In this document: piece by piece, positions 1 to 11,165 of the stretch
Numbering within the stretch: the stretch's first letter is position 1
How the letters are laid out: every line of letters starts with the position of its first letter
From: Octopus sinensis
Lineage: Eukaryota
Reading direction: 5' to 3'
DNA: 38,778 nt
Assembly (NCBI RefSeq): GCF_006345805.1
Contig: NW_021835767.1
Coordinates: forward strand, 1 to 38,778
Translations under genes and position numbers: made by a program
The notes under the pieces: generated by a model
Seen by the model: only the letters and a program-made list of their open reading frames with translations
The model's database searches: none
What the model was told of the DNA's origin: nothing

Positions 1-219
1 AAACGGAACGAACAAATATCAGACAGCAAACGTCTCAAAGAGATACATCACAAACAACAACAGAACCACCACACAAAGAGCAGACACGACATCACCGTGA
101 AGAACAACAGATAATGGACATACGTGACCACGACGAAAATTCAAAGATAAGTTATATATATATATAAATAAGAAACTAAAACTGTAAGAAAAAAAAATCA
201 TAACATCTCATGAGAAAGG

Positions 220-384
220 CAAGATGGCGGAGAATTATACACCAGAGTTCGTTACTTTTCGTCTCTAAACGTCACCGAACGCCATCATACGGCGCCGCAC
301 GTCATTGCTCTGTCAGACACTTATTGCAGTAAGTACTTGCCGATAGCTGCCCAGTACCCACACCCGATGACTTCAATCACGTCA
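220..384. promoter_or_regulatory. Candidate regulatory island (YY1 and CRE-like motifs)
   Basis: CAAGATGGCGG (YY1 consensus) at 220-230, CACGTCA at 298-304 and 378-384, TGACTTCA at 368-375, in non-repetitive CpG-containing sequence. Motif evidence only. Confidence 0.3.
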
Positions 385-459
385 TCTCATTATATAACGT
401 GAATGTGTATTCATACGCAATATGGGCATATTTAGATATATTTACTGCACTGTAGATGT

Positions 460-580
460 ATGCGTGTCTGTGTGTGTGTGTGTGCGTTTGTGTATGTGTG
501 TTCTAGACAGAGACACAAGCACAATCGTACACATGCACACACACACATACATACACACACACGCACACACGCACACACAC

Positions 581-622
<42 letters not shown>

Positions 623-833
623 GTACAAGCGAATATACAAACATGCGCACAGTTCGTACTTGAAGTCGGTGGATCAAAAGACTCTGTATCGTGATTATTA
701 CGAAGATTAATACATAATAAATAATATGATGTAATATCGTATATATATTTTTTGCATATATATATATATGTAATATATGTATAGATATGTATATGCATAT
801 ATATATGTATATATATATATGCATATATATATG

Positions 834-867
<34 letters not shown>

Positions 868-1044
868 CATACATACATACTATTATACTATATATACATG
901 CATATATACATACAATATATAATATGTAGGCAAAGTATGTGTATGAGTGTACATACATATATATAATCATATCTATTACATACATATTAAATTTAGAAAT
1001 AATGACGGCAAAGTTTGGAAACGTTATGAGTGTATATATTATAT

Positions 1045-1075
<31 letters not shown>

Positions 1076-1292
1076 TATATATACTATATATAATTATACA
1101 TATATACATATATATTATATCATATATATATATATAGATATATATATTATATATATATTATATATATATATATATATGTATGTACACTCATACACATACT
1201 TTGCATACATATACACACATACATATAATAGATATAGATATATATGTATAAATATATATGCATATACACGTACACACACTCACACACGCATG

Positions 1293-1324
<32 letters not shown>

Positions 1325-1325
1325 C
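460..1325. repeat. Compound (TG)n/(CA)n/(TA)n microsatellite region
   Basis: Dinucleotide tracts read directly; they generate the spurious YIYI/HTHT/VCVC ORFs. Confidence 0.95.
922..1212. repeat. ~43-bp inverted repeat pair (922-964 / 1170-1212)
   Basis: ATGTAGGCAAAGTATGTGTATGAGTGTACATACATAT versus ATATGTATGTACACTCATACACATACTTTGCATACAT, one mismatch. The peptide YMYVHSYTYFAYI appears on both strands of the ORF track. Confidence 0.85.
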
Positions 1326-1495
1326 CCCATGCTCAATTATAAGTTCCAAGATTATTTATATTAGATTTTTTTTTATTATTTTGGCAAAGTTGTGGATGTT
1401 ATTTTTGTTAAAGTAGAGAGACAGAGTTGTTGCTCTCAACAATCCCTACGGAAATTCTCTTATCGCCATCATTATGAATTGTTTCGTTAATCTTA

Positions 1496-1496
<1 letters not shown>

Positions 1497-1538
<42 letters not shown>

Positions 1539-1547
1539 GTTGCTGCT

Positions 1548-1594
<47 letters not shown>

Positions 1595-1810
1595 CAATAT
1601 TAAGAACAAGAACATTTACTGACACGCAACACACCTTAAGCGTACCTGTTACAACTGTTCTTAATAATAATAACAATCATTTCTACTATAGGCCTTTAAT
1701 TTGCGTGGGGAGGGAGGGGACAAATCGATTACATCCGCCCCAGTGCTTGCCTGGTAAACACTTTGCCCGCTGTGCTAACGATTCTGCCAGCTCACTGCCT
1801 TATGAAAATG

Positions 1811-1884
<74 letters not shown>

Positions 1885-1954
1885 AATAATAATAATATTA
1901 TAATAATAATAATAATAATGATAATAATAATGATAATAATAATAATAATAATAA

Positions 1955-1994
<40 letters not shown>

Positions 1995-2003
1995 TAATAA
2001 TAA
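1497..2003. repeat. Compound trinucleotide tracts (CTA)n(CTG)n(ATG)n and (GAT)n(AAT)n, with a deleted family-B SINE remnant at ~1678-1801
   Basis: Tracts read directly. 1678-1801 shares TCGATTACATC...CCCCAGTGC and GTGCTAACGATTCTGCCAGCTC with family B. Confidence 0.85.
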
Positions 2004-2552
2004 TGCAGTACCAGACAGTGGCGTTCATGGCTTCTCATCTTAACTGATTAGAAGTGTTATCCATGTATATTGTTTTGTCTCGGTATGAAAGATGGGCTAC
2101 AGCAAATATTCTGCTCAATACCACAGATTTGCTTGTCATTTGTTTCACCTTAACCAGTTGAGCATGTCCCTTAGTGGCTGGCGATATATGCATCTCTGAT
2201 CATGGGCAGAAGTAGTAGTGGAGCATCATAGCCGTGTGTTGAAAGGAATTCTTAGAGGTTTGGATAATTCACCTTTGGAAACATGGGTGGTTCGTTCAGC
2301 ATCCTTAAACAATCTTTATTCAGGTACCTTGAGCGGAATGGGCTACTCGACCAGAAGAAAATTCTAACTGGGCCCCACTTGCAATGTTATGCGCCGTTTA
2401 TCTTGATATGAGATTACCATGTCGCGCACATATGGTTGTGATGCATGTGCCTGGTGTACCCTTATCAGACAGGTAGTCATGATGGGTATTCTCGGCTTCC
2501 TATATTTGTACCCCAGTGTCACTTTGATGGCATGCATTGTCCTCTCTTATTC
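2004..2552. mobile_element. Discrete ~550-bp non-coding unit embedded in (AAT)n; probable interspersed element
   Basis: Complex sequence with sharp borders, flanked on both sides by (AAT)n. No TIR or recognisable ORF; family not assigned. Confidence 0.5.
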
Positions 2553-2585
2553 AATAAGAATAATAATAATAACAACAACACCACC

Positions 2586-2633
<48 letters not shown>

Positions 2634-2637
2634 AATA

Positions 2638-2750
2638 ATCCTTTCTACTATAGGTACAAGGTCTGGAATTTGGTGGAGGGGGACTATTCAATTACGCCGA
2701 CCCCAGTGTTTTACTGGTACATAATTTATCGACTCCGATAAAATCGACCA
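2638..2750 (-). mobile_element. SINE family B, 3' fragment
   Basis: Shares TTTCTACTATAGG.ACAAGG, GACCCCAGTG and ACTGGTAC..AATTTATCGAC with 2772-2940. Confidence 0.75.
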
Positions 2751-2771
2751 AATAATAATAATAATAATAAT

Positions 2772-3559
2772 AATGATATTTTCTAATCTAGGCACAAGGC
2801 CTGAAATTTTGGTGAGGGGGCCAGTTAATTTGACCGACAGAAGTACGGAACTGGTACTTAATTTATCGACCCCGAAAAGATGAAAGCAAAGTCGACCTCG
2901 GCGGAATTTGATCTCAGAATGTAAAGACAGAGGAAATACCTATTTCTTTACTGCCCACAAGGGGCTACACACAGAGGGGACAAACAAGGACAGACACACA
3001 GATTAAGTCGATTACATCGACCCCAATGCGTAACTGCTACTTATGTAATCGACCCCGAAATGATGAAAGGCAAAGTCGACCTCGGCGGAATTTGAACTCA
3101 GAACGTAACCGCAGACGAAATACCACTAAGCATTTCGCCCAGGCGTGCTAACGTTTCTTATTTCTTTACTGCCCACCGGGAGCTAAACATAGAGGGGACA
3201 AACAAGGACAGACTAAGAGATTAAGTCGATTACATCGACCCCAATACGTAACTGGTACTTATTTAATCGACCCCGAAATGATGAAAGGCAAAGCCGACCT
3301 CGGCGGAATTTGAACTCAGAACGTAACCGTAGACGAAATACCTATTTCTTTATTACCCACCAGGGGCTAAACACAGAGGGGACAAACAAGGACAGACATA
3401 GGTATTAAGTCGATTACATCGACCCCAGTGCGTAACTGGTACTTATTTAATCGACCCCGAAAGGATGAAAGGCAAAGTCGACCTCACCGGAATGACGAAA
3501 TACCGCTCAGCATTTCGCCCGGCGTGCTAACGTTTCTGCCAGCACGCTGCCTTCGCCTT
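2772..3559 (-). mobile_element. SINE family B head-to-tail array: three tail-X units plus one tail-Y unit
   Basis: Minus strand has a tRNA-like head (GCTGGCAGAAACGTTAGCAC; B-box-like GAGTTCAAATTCC) and a conserved core GAGGTCGACTTTGCCTTTCATC.TTTCGGGGTCGAT..ATAAGTACCAG present four times. Unit borders at 2940/2941, 3158/3159 and 3342/3343. Confidence 0.9.
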
Positions 3560-3786
3560 AATATTAACGATAATGATGTGCAGAACGAGGAGAAGTATAA
3601 TGATATTAGTATAGCTTTTTACTTTCATGGCATTTTGCAATTCAGTATGGAAGTAAGCACAGAGTCGTTGAATTGGAGGGCACCGTGTATCGCTATGGAA
3701 CGTGAACAGAAACAAGTGAACCATACCAGGATTTACAATTTGTGGTTTGATGATACAAACAGAAAAATCTGCCTCAAAAATGAATA

Positions 3787-4107
3787 TGTGTGTGTGTGTG
3801 TATGTGTATGTGTGCGTGTGTGTGTGTGAGGGTGTGTATGTGTGTGTGTGTGTATGAGTGTGTGAGTGCATGTGTGAGATATGGTATGTGTGAAGGTGTG
3901 TGTGTATGAGTGTGTGAGTGCATGTGTGAGGATATGTATGTGTGTGAAGGTGTGTGTGTATGAGTGTGTGAGGATGTGTATGTGTGAGTGAGCCTGTGTG
4001 CGAGGATGTGCATGTGTGTATGAGGGTGTGTATGTGTGTGTGAGGATGTGTGTGTATGAACCTGTGGGTGAGGGTGTGTTGTATATATGTGTGTGTGTGT
4101 GAAGGTG
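3787..4107. repeat. (TG)n-derived tract with a ~53-bp higher-order unit
   Basis: GTGTGTGTGTATGAGTGTGTGAG(TGCATGTGTGAG)...GTGTGAAG repeated about 2.5 times at ~3844-3990. Confidence 0.8.
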
Positions 4108-4109
4108 TG

Positions 4110-4405
4110 CGTTGATCACACTACCGACCAGACTATTCGATTTTGCTATTTCAATCTGGTCACAATACACTTCGCGTATTTTCAGCTTAGGAATGATGCC
4201 TCCCCGCTGGCTAAGTGAGCAGGCCAATATTCGCGGTGATCGGAAGGTTAGTTCGTTGCAGGATCACCCATTTACGGCTGAGTGGACTGGAGCAACGGGA
4301 AATGAAGCGTTTTGCTCAAGAACTCAACGCGCAGCTAGTCCAAGAATCGAAACCACGATCAAGATCGTGAGTGCAACACCCACAGCCACTAAGCCACTCG
4401 CCTTC
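4110..4405 (-). mobile_element. tRNA-derived SINE (head shared with family C, different tail)
   Basis: Minus strand: GAAGGCGAGTGGCTTAGTGG (A box), GGTTTCGATTCTT (B box), TTCTTGAGCAAAACGCTTCATTTC and GCTCCAGTCCACTCAGC. Confidence 0.8.
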
Positions 4406-4606
4406 TCTCTCTCACACATGCACACATGCACACATACACACATTCACACTACTCATGCACATACGCACATTCGCACACACACATGCACACACACATATAT
4501 ATGTATACACTCATATATGTATATATCATTAATCAGCAAAAATACTGAGTGGCTCTAGAGCCAAAAGTTTCGATCAGTGGCACGTATTATTACACTGGTT
4601 TCAAAT

Positions 4607-5140
4607 TACTATCACTCCGTCGGTTACGACGACGAGCGTTCCAGTTGATTCGATCAACGGAAGAGCCTTCTCGTGAAATTAATGTGCAAGTAACTGAGCA
4701 CTTCACAAGCATGTGTACCCTTAACGTAGTTCTCAAGGAGATCCAGAGTGACAAAGAATGTCACAGAGCTGGCCCTTTCAAATACAGGTAATACTAATTT
4801 TTGCCAGCTGAGTGGACTAGAGCAACATGAAATAAATTGTCTTGCTCAAGGACATAACGCGTCACCGGGAATTGAACTCACGGTTTCACGATCGTGAACG
4901 CAATGCTCTAACCCAGTGCTTTTCAAACTTTTTGCTGGAGCGGAACCCCAAGGAAACATTCCACTGGCTCGAGGACCTCCTGTGCAATAATTTAATAGTC
5001 TTATGCACACATCTGCACAGGAGACTTAAAAATTACTGCCGATTTTTGCAGTTTTGTAACTTCTTGCAGAACCCCTGGACTGTACTGGCGGAACCCTGGT
5101 TGAAAACCACTGCTCTAAACACTTAACAACGCGCCTTCGC
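4607..5140 (-). mobile_element. SINE family C, interrupted by a hAT MITE
   Basis: Aligns by eye with 5580-5896 and 33056-33378; minus-strand B box GAGTTCAATTCCC. The head is split at 4914-5112. Confidence 0.88.
4914..5112. mobile_element. Non-autonomous hAT (Charlie-like) MITE, 199 bp
   Basis: TIRs CAGTGCTTTTCAAAC / GGTTGAAAACCACTG; 8-bp TSD CTCTAACC (4906-4913) and CTCTAAAC (5113-5120). Confidence 0.92.
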
Positions 5141-5579
5141 ATATAATAATACAGAATTGTCATAACTGGAATATCTTTGATAATGGGTCTATTGGGTCAA
5201 AGTGGATTGAGGCTAAACGACAATAAGTGTAACAACAACAGCAACCGACAATAAACCAGACCGACCCGAGGGACACCACTACTAAAGCGCTATTAACAAG
5301 TGAATCACGGTTCCAAATTATAGGGACTACATTTATATGTATGCCGGTTATAATGAAAATCTTCTGGACTGTTCTAGAATAAATTGTGAAGACAATTACG
5401 ATGTCAGGTGAATAATATGATTTTAAAGATTCTGAGACATGGACACGACGTTCTTATCGTCACACAATCTTTTAGAAATAAGTGCTATTACTCCCTTTCA
5501 AATTCACACCTTGTTTTCTTTTATAAAAACAGTTTATTTTAAGCAACGCAGTCCACATTTTTACGTATGCGTAGGATAA

Positions 5580-5896
5580 TATTAGCACTTCGTCGGTTGC
5601 GACGCGGAGGGTTCCACTTGATTTGATCAACGGAACAGTTTGCTCGTGCAAGTGGCTGAGTACTCCACAGATACGTGTATACTTAACGTAGTTCTCAGAG
5701 AGATTCAACGTTACACAGAATATGACAAGGCTGGCCCTTTGAACCGCAGGTAAAGCTCATTTTTGCCAGCTCAAACATCTAGAGCACCGATGAAATAAAG
5801 TGTCTTGCTTAAGGACACAACACACTGCTTGGTATCGAAGTCGCGACCTTCCGATCTTGAGCTGAATGCCCTAGCCACATAACTACGTGCCTTCAC
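5580..5896 (-). mobile_element. SINE family C
   Basis: Same body as 4607-5140 (GTCGGTT.CGACG, CTTAACGTAGTTCTCA, TTTTTGCCAGCT, GTCTTGCT.AAGGACA) without the MITE. Confidence 0.88.
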
Positions 5897-6081
5897 ATAT
5901 AATAATACAGGATGGTCATGACTGGAATATCTGTGATAATAGGTCAATTGGGTAAAGATGAGTTGAAGTTAAAACGACAATAAGAGTAACAACAGCAACA
6001 GCAACCGACAATAAAACCAGGCCAAACACAAGGACACCGTTTCTAGATCACTATTATCAAATATATCGCCTTGTATTATTG

Positions 6082-6400
6082 TTTTTGTTGTTTGTTCCTT
6101 TTCGAGCCATGCCTGGCTCATAAGGGCCGGTTTCCCCAATTTCCCGGTTTCATTGGTGTATAGGTTCCCCACCTGGACGGGACGCCAGTCCATCACAGGT
6201 GAGCTGCTAGATGCAGGAGGAAAGAGTGAGAGAAAGCTGTGGCGAAAGAGTCGGCAGAATTTCGCCATTACCTTCTGCCGGAGCTGTGTGGAGCCTAGGT
6301 GTTTCGCTCATAAACACACACATCGCCCGGGCTGAGATTCGAACCTGCGATCCCTCGACCGCCAGTCCGCTGCTCTAACCACTAGGCCATGTGCATCCAC
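6082..6400 (-). mobile_element. tRNA-derived SINE family D, full length
   Basis: Minus strand: clean A box TGGCCTAGTGG, B box GGTTCGAATCTC, tail motif CCTGTGATGGACTGGCGTCCCGTCCAGG, ending in (ACA)n. Confidence 0.88.
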
Positions 6401-6639
6401 TTCTATTATTACATAATCGATAAACACTAGACTATTACCATCGCCTACGATTAAATACCACTGTGCTACTACAACAGCCTATACATTATGATCTATGAAA
6501 CTACTTACAAGACTAGCAAACAGTTGATCAACATACTACCACATCAACACTACATGAATATATCACTGTATCATACTTATTTCATTACAGACACTTCAAA
6601 GTCACCAGGGCAATATAAGCACATGTAGTACACTATCAC

Positions 6640-7300
6640 CTGTACCAACAAACACCATTACAGCCATCTCTACCACCACCGCCGCCACTGCTATTACATC
6701 GATGTTATAGCAATACAATCATCAAGACCACTACCACCTCCACCGATACCACCACCACCACCACCTCCACTACCACTATCACCACCACTACCATCGCCGC
6801 CGCCATCACCATCACCACCACCATCACCACCATCACTAACACCTCCACCACCACCACCACCACCAAAACTACTACCAAAACCACCACCACCACCACCATC
6901 ACTACCACTACCATCACAACCACAACAAGAAGAGCATTACCATCACTTCCACGACCACCACTACCACTACCACCATCACCACCACTGTTACTACCACCAC
7001 AACCACAACAACCAACGATACCAATTTCACCACCACAACCACTACAACCAACAATACCACCACCACAACACAACCACCGCCAACATCCCCAGTACCACAA
7101 ACACTACCACCACCACCGTTACTACCGTAATATTACATCACCAACGCTATATAAATAGACACTGCTTTTGTAACACCAATACCTATGTTGCCAATGCACC
7201 ACAAAACCACTACCCATACACTCCACAACCACCACCACCGCTGCCACATACCACCACCGCCACAACTGCCAAACACCACCACCATCTCCACCCCTCACCT
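6640..7300. repeat. Degenerate (ACC)n low-complexity tract
   Basis: CAC/ACC/ACT triplet variants read directly. Confidence 0.9.
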
Positions 7301-7414
7301 TAACCAATGAACACATATATAAACACAGATTCAAAACAAAATATAGAATTTCATTCTAAAAATGTAAATTGATTGTGTGAATATGTGTATGTGGTTATAA
7401 ATGTGAATATGATT

Positions 7415-7788
7415 CAGTGTTTGTGTGTGGGTTGCGTGTGGTTTGTGTGTGTGCGTTTGTTTGTTTGTGTGTGTGTGTGTGTTTGCTTGTGCATGCGTGT
7501 GTGTGTATGTGTCTGTTATGATATGGAAGTATCTCTGTTTCTACCGGAATATGCGTATATCTGCGATTATATATATATACATATACATATATATATATAT
7601 ATACATTTATATATATATACACACGCACGCACACGCACACACATACACACACAAATATGTATTTATACAGGTACACGCATGCAGTTATAAACATACACAA
7701 ATATACATGTCTTTATATATATGCATATACATTATATATATATATATATATACATATATATGCATATATATGTACATATATATTATAC

Positions 7789-7820
<32 letters not shown>

Positions 7821-7977
7821 GTATGTATATAGATATATATATATATATATATCTATATATATACACACGAGTATATACATAGGCGTATATTTGTGTATGT
7901 GTGTGCGTGTGCATGTCTGTGTGTATTTGTATATATGTACGTGCATGTATGATCTGCCTTGCATGTATGTATTGATT

Positions 7978-8010
<33 letters not shown>

Positions 8011-8165
8011 TTGTGTGTGTGTGCGCGCGTGTTCGTTTGTTTGTGTGTGTGTGCATTGGTATATTCGTGTGTGAAGGCACCTGTGTATGAGTATCGACTT
8101 TTGTGCGCAGGAAAGCTACATATGCACATCTGTATGTGTATATGTATATCTATATGTGTCTCTGT
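7415..8165. repeat. Compound (TG)n/(TA)n/(CA)n region
   Basis: Read directly. Confidence 0.9.
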
Positions 8166-8258
8166 GTTTCAGTTCGGATGGTGGGGGAGGGTTTTACTTA
8201 AATATTTTATTTTCCTTAAATAAAACAGAGATTGAATTATTTGCGTAAATATGGCATC

Positions 8259-8475
8259 ACGTTATGCAGATGATATAATACTTTGAACTGTAACAACAGT
8301 AGATGCGGCAACAGCAAAACAATAACACTTGCAACAACATCAACCAGAAAGATCTAATACCTGTTTGTTATCGTTAGACGAGCGAGAAATGGCAACTAAA
8401 TCTGTCAAAGAACTCACGTCAGAATCTCAGAAGCGGAGGGAAGACGTTATTTTAATTCATATTATCATGACGGAA
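8259..8475 (+). mobile_element. Possible highly decayed RTE-type reverse transcriptase remnant
   Basis: CGTTATGCAGATGATATAATACTT reads RYADDIIL. After a CAA-rich interruption, TCLLSLDEREMATKSVKELTSESQKR resembles the helix that follows YADD in RTE RTs. Weak. Confidence 0.3.
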
Positions 8476-8931
8476 AGCAATGTCCGTGACCCCTTACGAA
8501 GCTTCCTAGACTGATAGTTGGGAGTGAAAGAAGGAGGAATGTCCCCTCTTATGTATATGATTTTCTTACACATGAGCTACGCCGCAGCATATCAGCAAAT
8601 GGACATTTCTCTATTTGCATATAAATCAAAGACAAGCAATTCAATTCGTTTCGATGTGTTCCAAATACATGGTATTGATGAACCGCAATAATGGCGAAAT
8701 ACCGGTATCTACAATTCTCTGTATATACCGACTTGTCTCACCTGGTCTGTGACATTCAGGTGTTCTTTAACACTCGGCGTCGTGTCGGGAGCAGCATATT
8801 TAGTGTATGCATAAAACACAAGCACTATACATGTGCTACCGATAATGTTTACATTACTAGACCAACTTTTTATTGTTGATATATATAAATACCCAGACAC
8901 AAACAAACACACACACCACACAAACATATAT

Positions 8932-8973
<42 letters not shown>

Positions 8974-9143
8974 CATCCCAAGTGGATATAGTAACAAAAA
9001 TACGTTCTCTCAAGTTAGGGAGAAAGTGAATCGTAACAAAGGCCTTCAATGAAATGCGAAACAAATCGATTTGATCTGTCTCTTCATGGGCGAAAACACC
9101 CTGCAGATTAATCACGGGTTCCACAGTCATATTTTGGTTACAT

Positions 9144-9462
9144 CCGCATTTGTTAAGCTGTCGGCTCACAATCATGAGTTCGATTTCCGGACCGGGCTGT
9201 ATGTTGTGTTCTTGAAGAAAGGACTTTATTTCACGTTGCTCCAGTGAGCTCAGCTGTAGAAATGAGCTGCGACATCACTGGTGCCAAGCTGTATGGGTCT
9301 TTGCATTTCTCTTGCATAACCTCGGTAGCGTGGAGACAGACGGCTGGTATGCAAGGACGACTGCTGGTCTTCCAGAAACAACCTTACCTAGACATTTGCC
9401 TGAGAAGGTAAAATTTTAGGCGCAACCCCATTGTCATTTATGATCGAAGGAGGCCTCTACTT
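9144..9462 (+). mobile_element. Diverged tRNA-derived SINE (family C-type head, distinct tail)
   Basis: GAGTTCGATTTCC B box, then TGTTGTGTTCTTGA...CTTTATTTCACGTTGCTCCAGT..CTCAGCTG, matching the family C head. Confidence 0.75.
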
Positions 9463-9614
9463 TTGACCTATATATATTATATATATATATATATATTATA
9501 TTATATATATATATATATATAGTGGCTCCTTTCTCGTGTGCAAGAAAGAATCATCGAAATGAGTCATTGATAAAGCAATGTGAAGCCCTAATATGTTTCT
9601 TGAGCCTCGCTCTT

Positions 9615-9648
<34 letters not shown>

Positions 9649-9664
9649 GATCTATCTATCTATG

Positions 9665-9699
<35 letters not shown>

Positions 9700-10435
9700 A
9701 CACATACATAATAAATACGTACTTTTATATATACTTTCATTGCATCGATGTGCATTTAGGCTTTGTGCATACAGCAGAGGGCGTTGCCTGCATTTTAGAA
9801 ACGGATGAAACCGACTGACACACAGTTCAGTATAACTTCATATATCTCTGCTTCGCAAGGTGTCGTAAGACAGAAAAAGGCAGATTGTAAATACTTGATA
9901 AATTAATCAGTGTGGGATCCACTATGCGCTAATACAACCCATGGCTAAACACCACCAACAAATACAAGAACTAAATTCACACAACGACGAAGACATGAAC
10001 AGCACTGCATCTACAGTAAGAACGAACGTAACCGCAAGGAATATGTTAGGATAACCTCAAGAAACAGCAATAAGAATAGTAACAGTATCAGAGACAACAT
10101 CAGCAATAACATCAAGCACACAATTAAAAAGACGGAGGGTGTCCAATTGCAGCTGTCAAATGTTGATATGAAAGATTATGCTTTGTTTACGGTAGTGATC
10201 CGTCTATCCTCAGTCTACCTGTCTATCGTATATTTCTCCTTTTCACTCACTCTTTCTCTTCCTCTTCCCCATCCCTCTCTCCCACACTCTCTATCACACT
10301 ATCTCCCCTCCCACTCTCTCCATTGGTATGTGTGTGACTGCGCATGCTTATGTGTGTGCATGTGTATCCTCTTTAGGTGAGTGACTAATTCTGTCTGTCT
10401 GTATATATGTGTGTATATGAATACAAACACACTCG

Positions 10436-10472
<37 letters not shown>

Positions 10473-10550
10473 TATATATATATATATATACATACTTATA
10501 TATATATACATACATATATATATATACATATATATATATATACTTACATA

Positions 10551-10605
<55 letters not shown>

Positions 10606-10610
10606 TATAA

Positions 10611-11150
10611 ACTTAGATATGTTTCGACCAAAAATTGGTATAGGCCATGTCTAACTTAATAGCACCACCTGATAGGATTATCTAAATCCTTTTTAAAGCA
10701 AGTTCTGTGGTATCGTGGTCCATTCGAGAATGGAGTCCTTGTTGAATGAGTTGTATAGGTGGCTTATCTGGTATTCCTTGGAGAAGTTTGTCCAGATTCC
10801 GTTGAAAGGCTCCTTTGCACTTTGATCTGTTTCGGGACAATGTTAAATAGAGCAGGGCATGTCAAGGAAAAGAAATTGTGTTGCAGTGTATTTATGTATT
10901 ATGATCCTGAATTGGGTAGTATACGTATGTCCCGTGGTCCTAGCCTTGGATGAATTTTGAAGCTTATGTTGAGGTTGTTTGGGTAATGTTGGTGGTATAT
11001 TCTCCACATCGTACAAATGATGTACCGCTCGCGGCGGCGCTGGAGAGAGTAGAGTATCAAGGCTTTAAGGCGGTCCCAGTAATCGAGATCAGTCATGCCC
11101 TTAATTCTATTAGTGAATGACCTCTGGGGCGATTCAGTTTTCGATAGGGA
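10611..11150 (-). mobile_element. CR1/L2-group LINE, 3' end (copy 1)
   Basis: Translates ESPQRSFTNRIKGMTDLDYWDRLKALILYSLQRRRERYII, homologous to the 27867-28745 ORF; shares the 3' UTR CAGGTGGTGCTATTAAGTTAGACATGGCCT. Confidence 0.93.
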
Positions 11151-11165
11151 TGATATATATAATAT

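Noticed and set aside
422-1364. ORFs rich in YIYI/HTHT/VCVC, here and throughout the window
   Set aside because: Translations of dinucleotide and tetranucleotide repeats that lack stop codons.
1474-2043. 189-aa ORF with poly-L/M/D/I runs
   Set aside because: Trinucleotide tracts plus a SINE remnant; no domain.
2941-3559. CRISPR-like or retrozyme-like tandem array
   Set aside because: Units are ~184-218-bp SINE bodies without unique spacers, and I found no hammerhead core in them.
6330-6400. tRNA gene
   Set aside because: A and B boxes are present, but there is no acceptor stem and the sequence continues into a SINE body.
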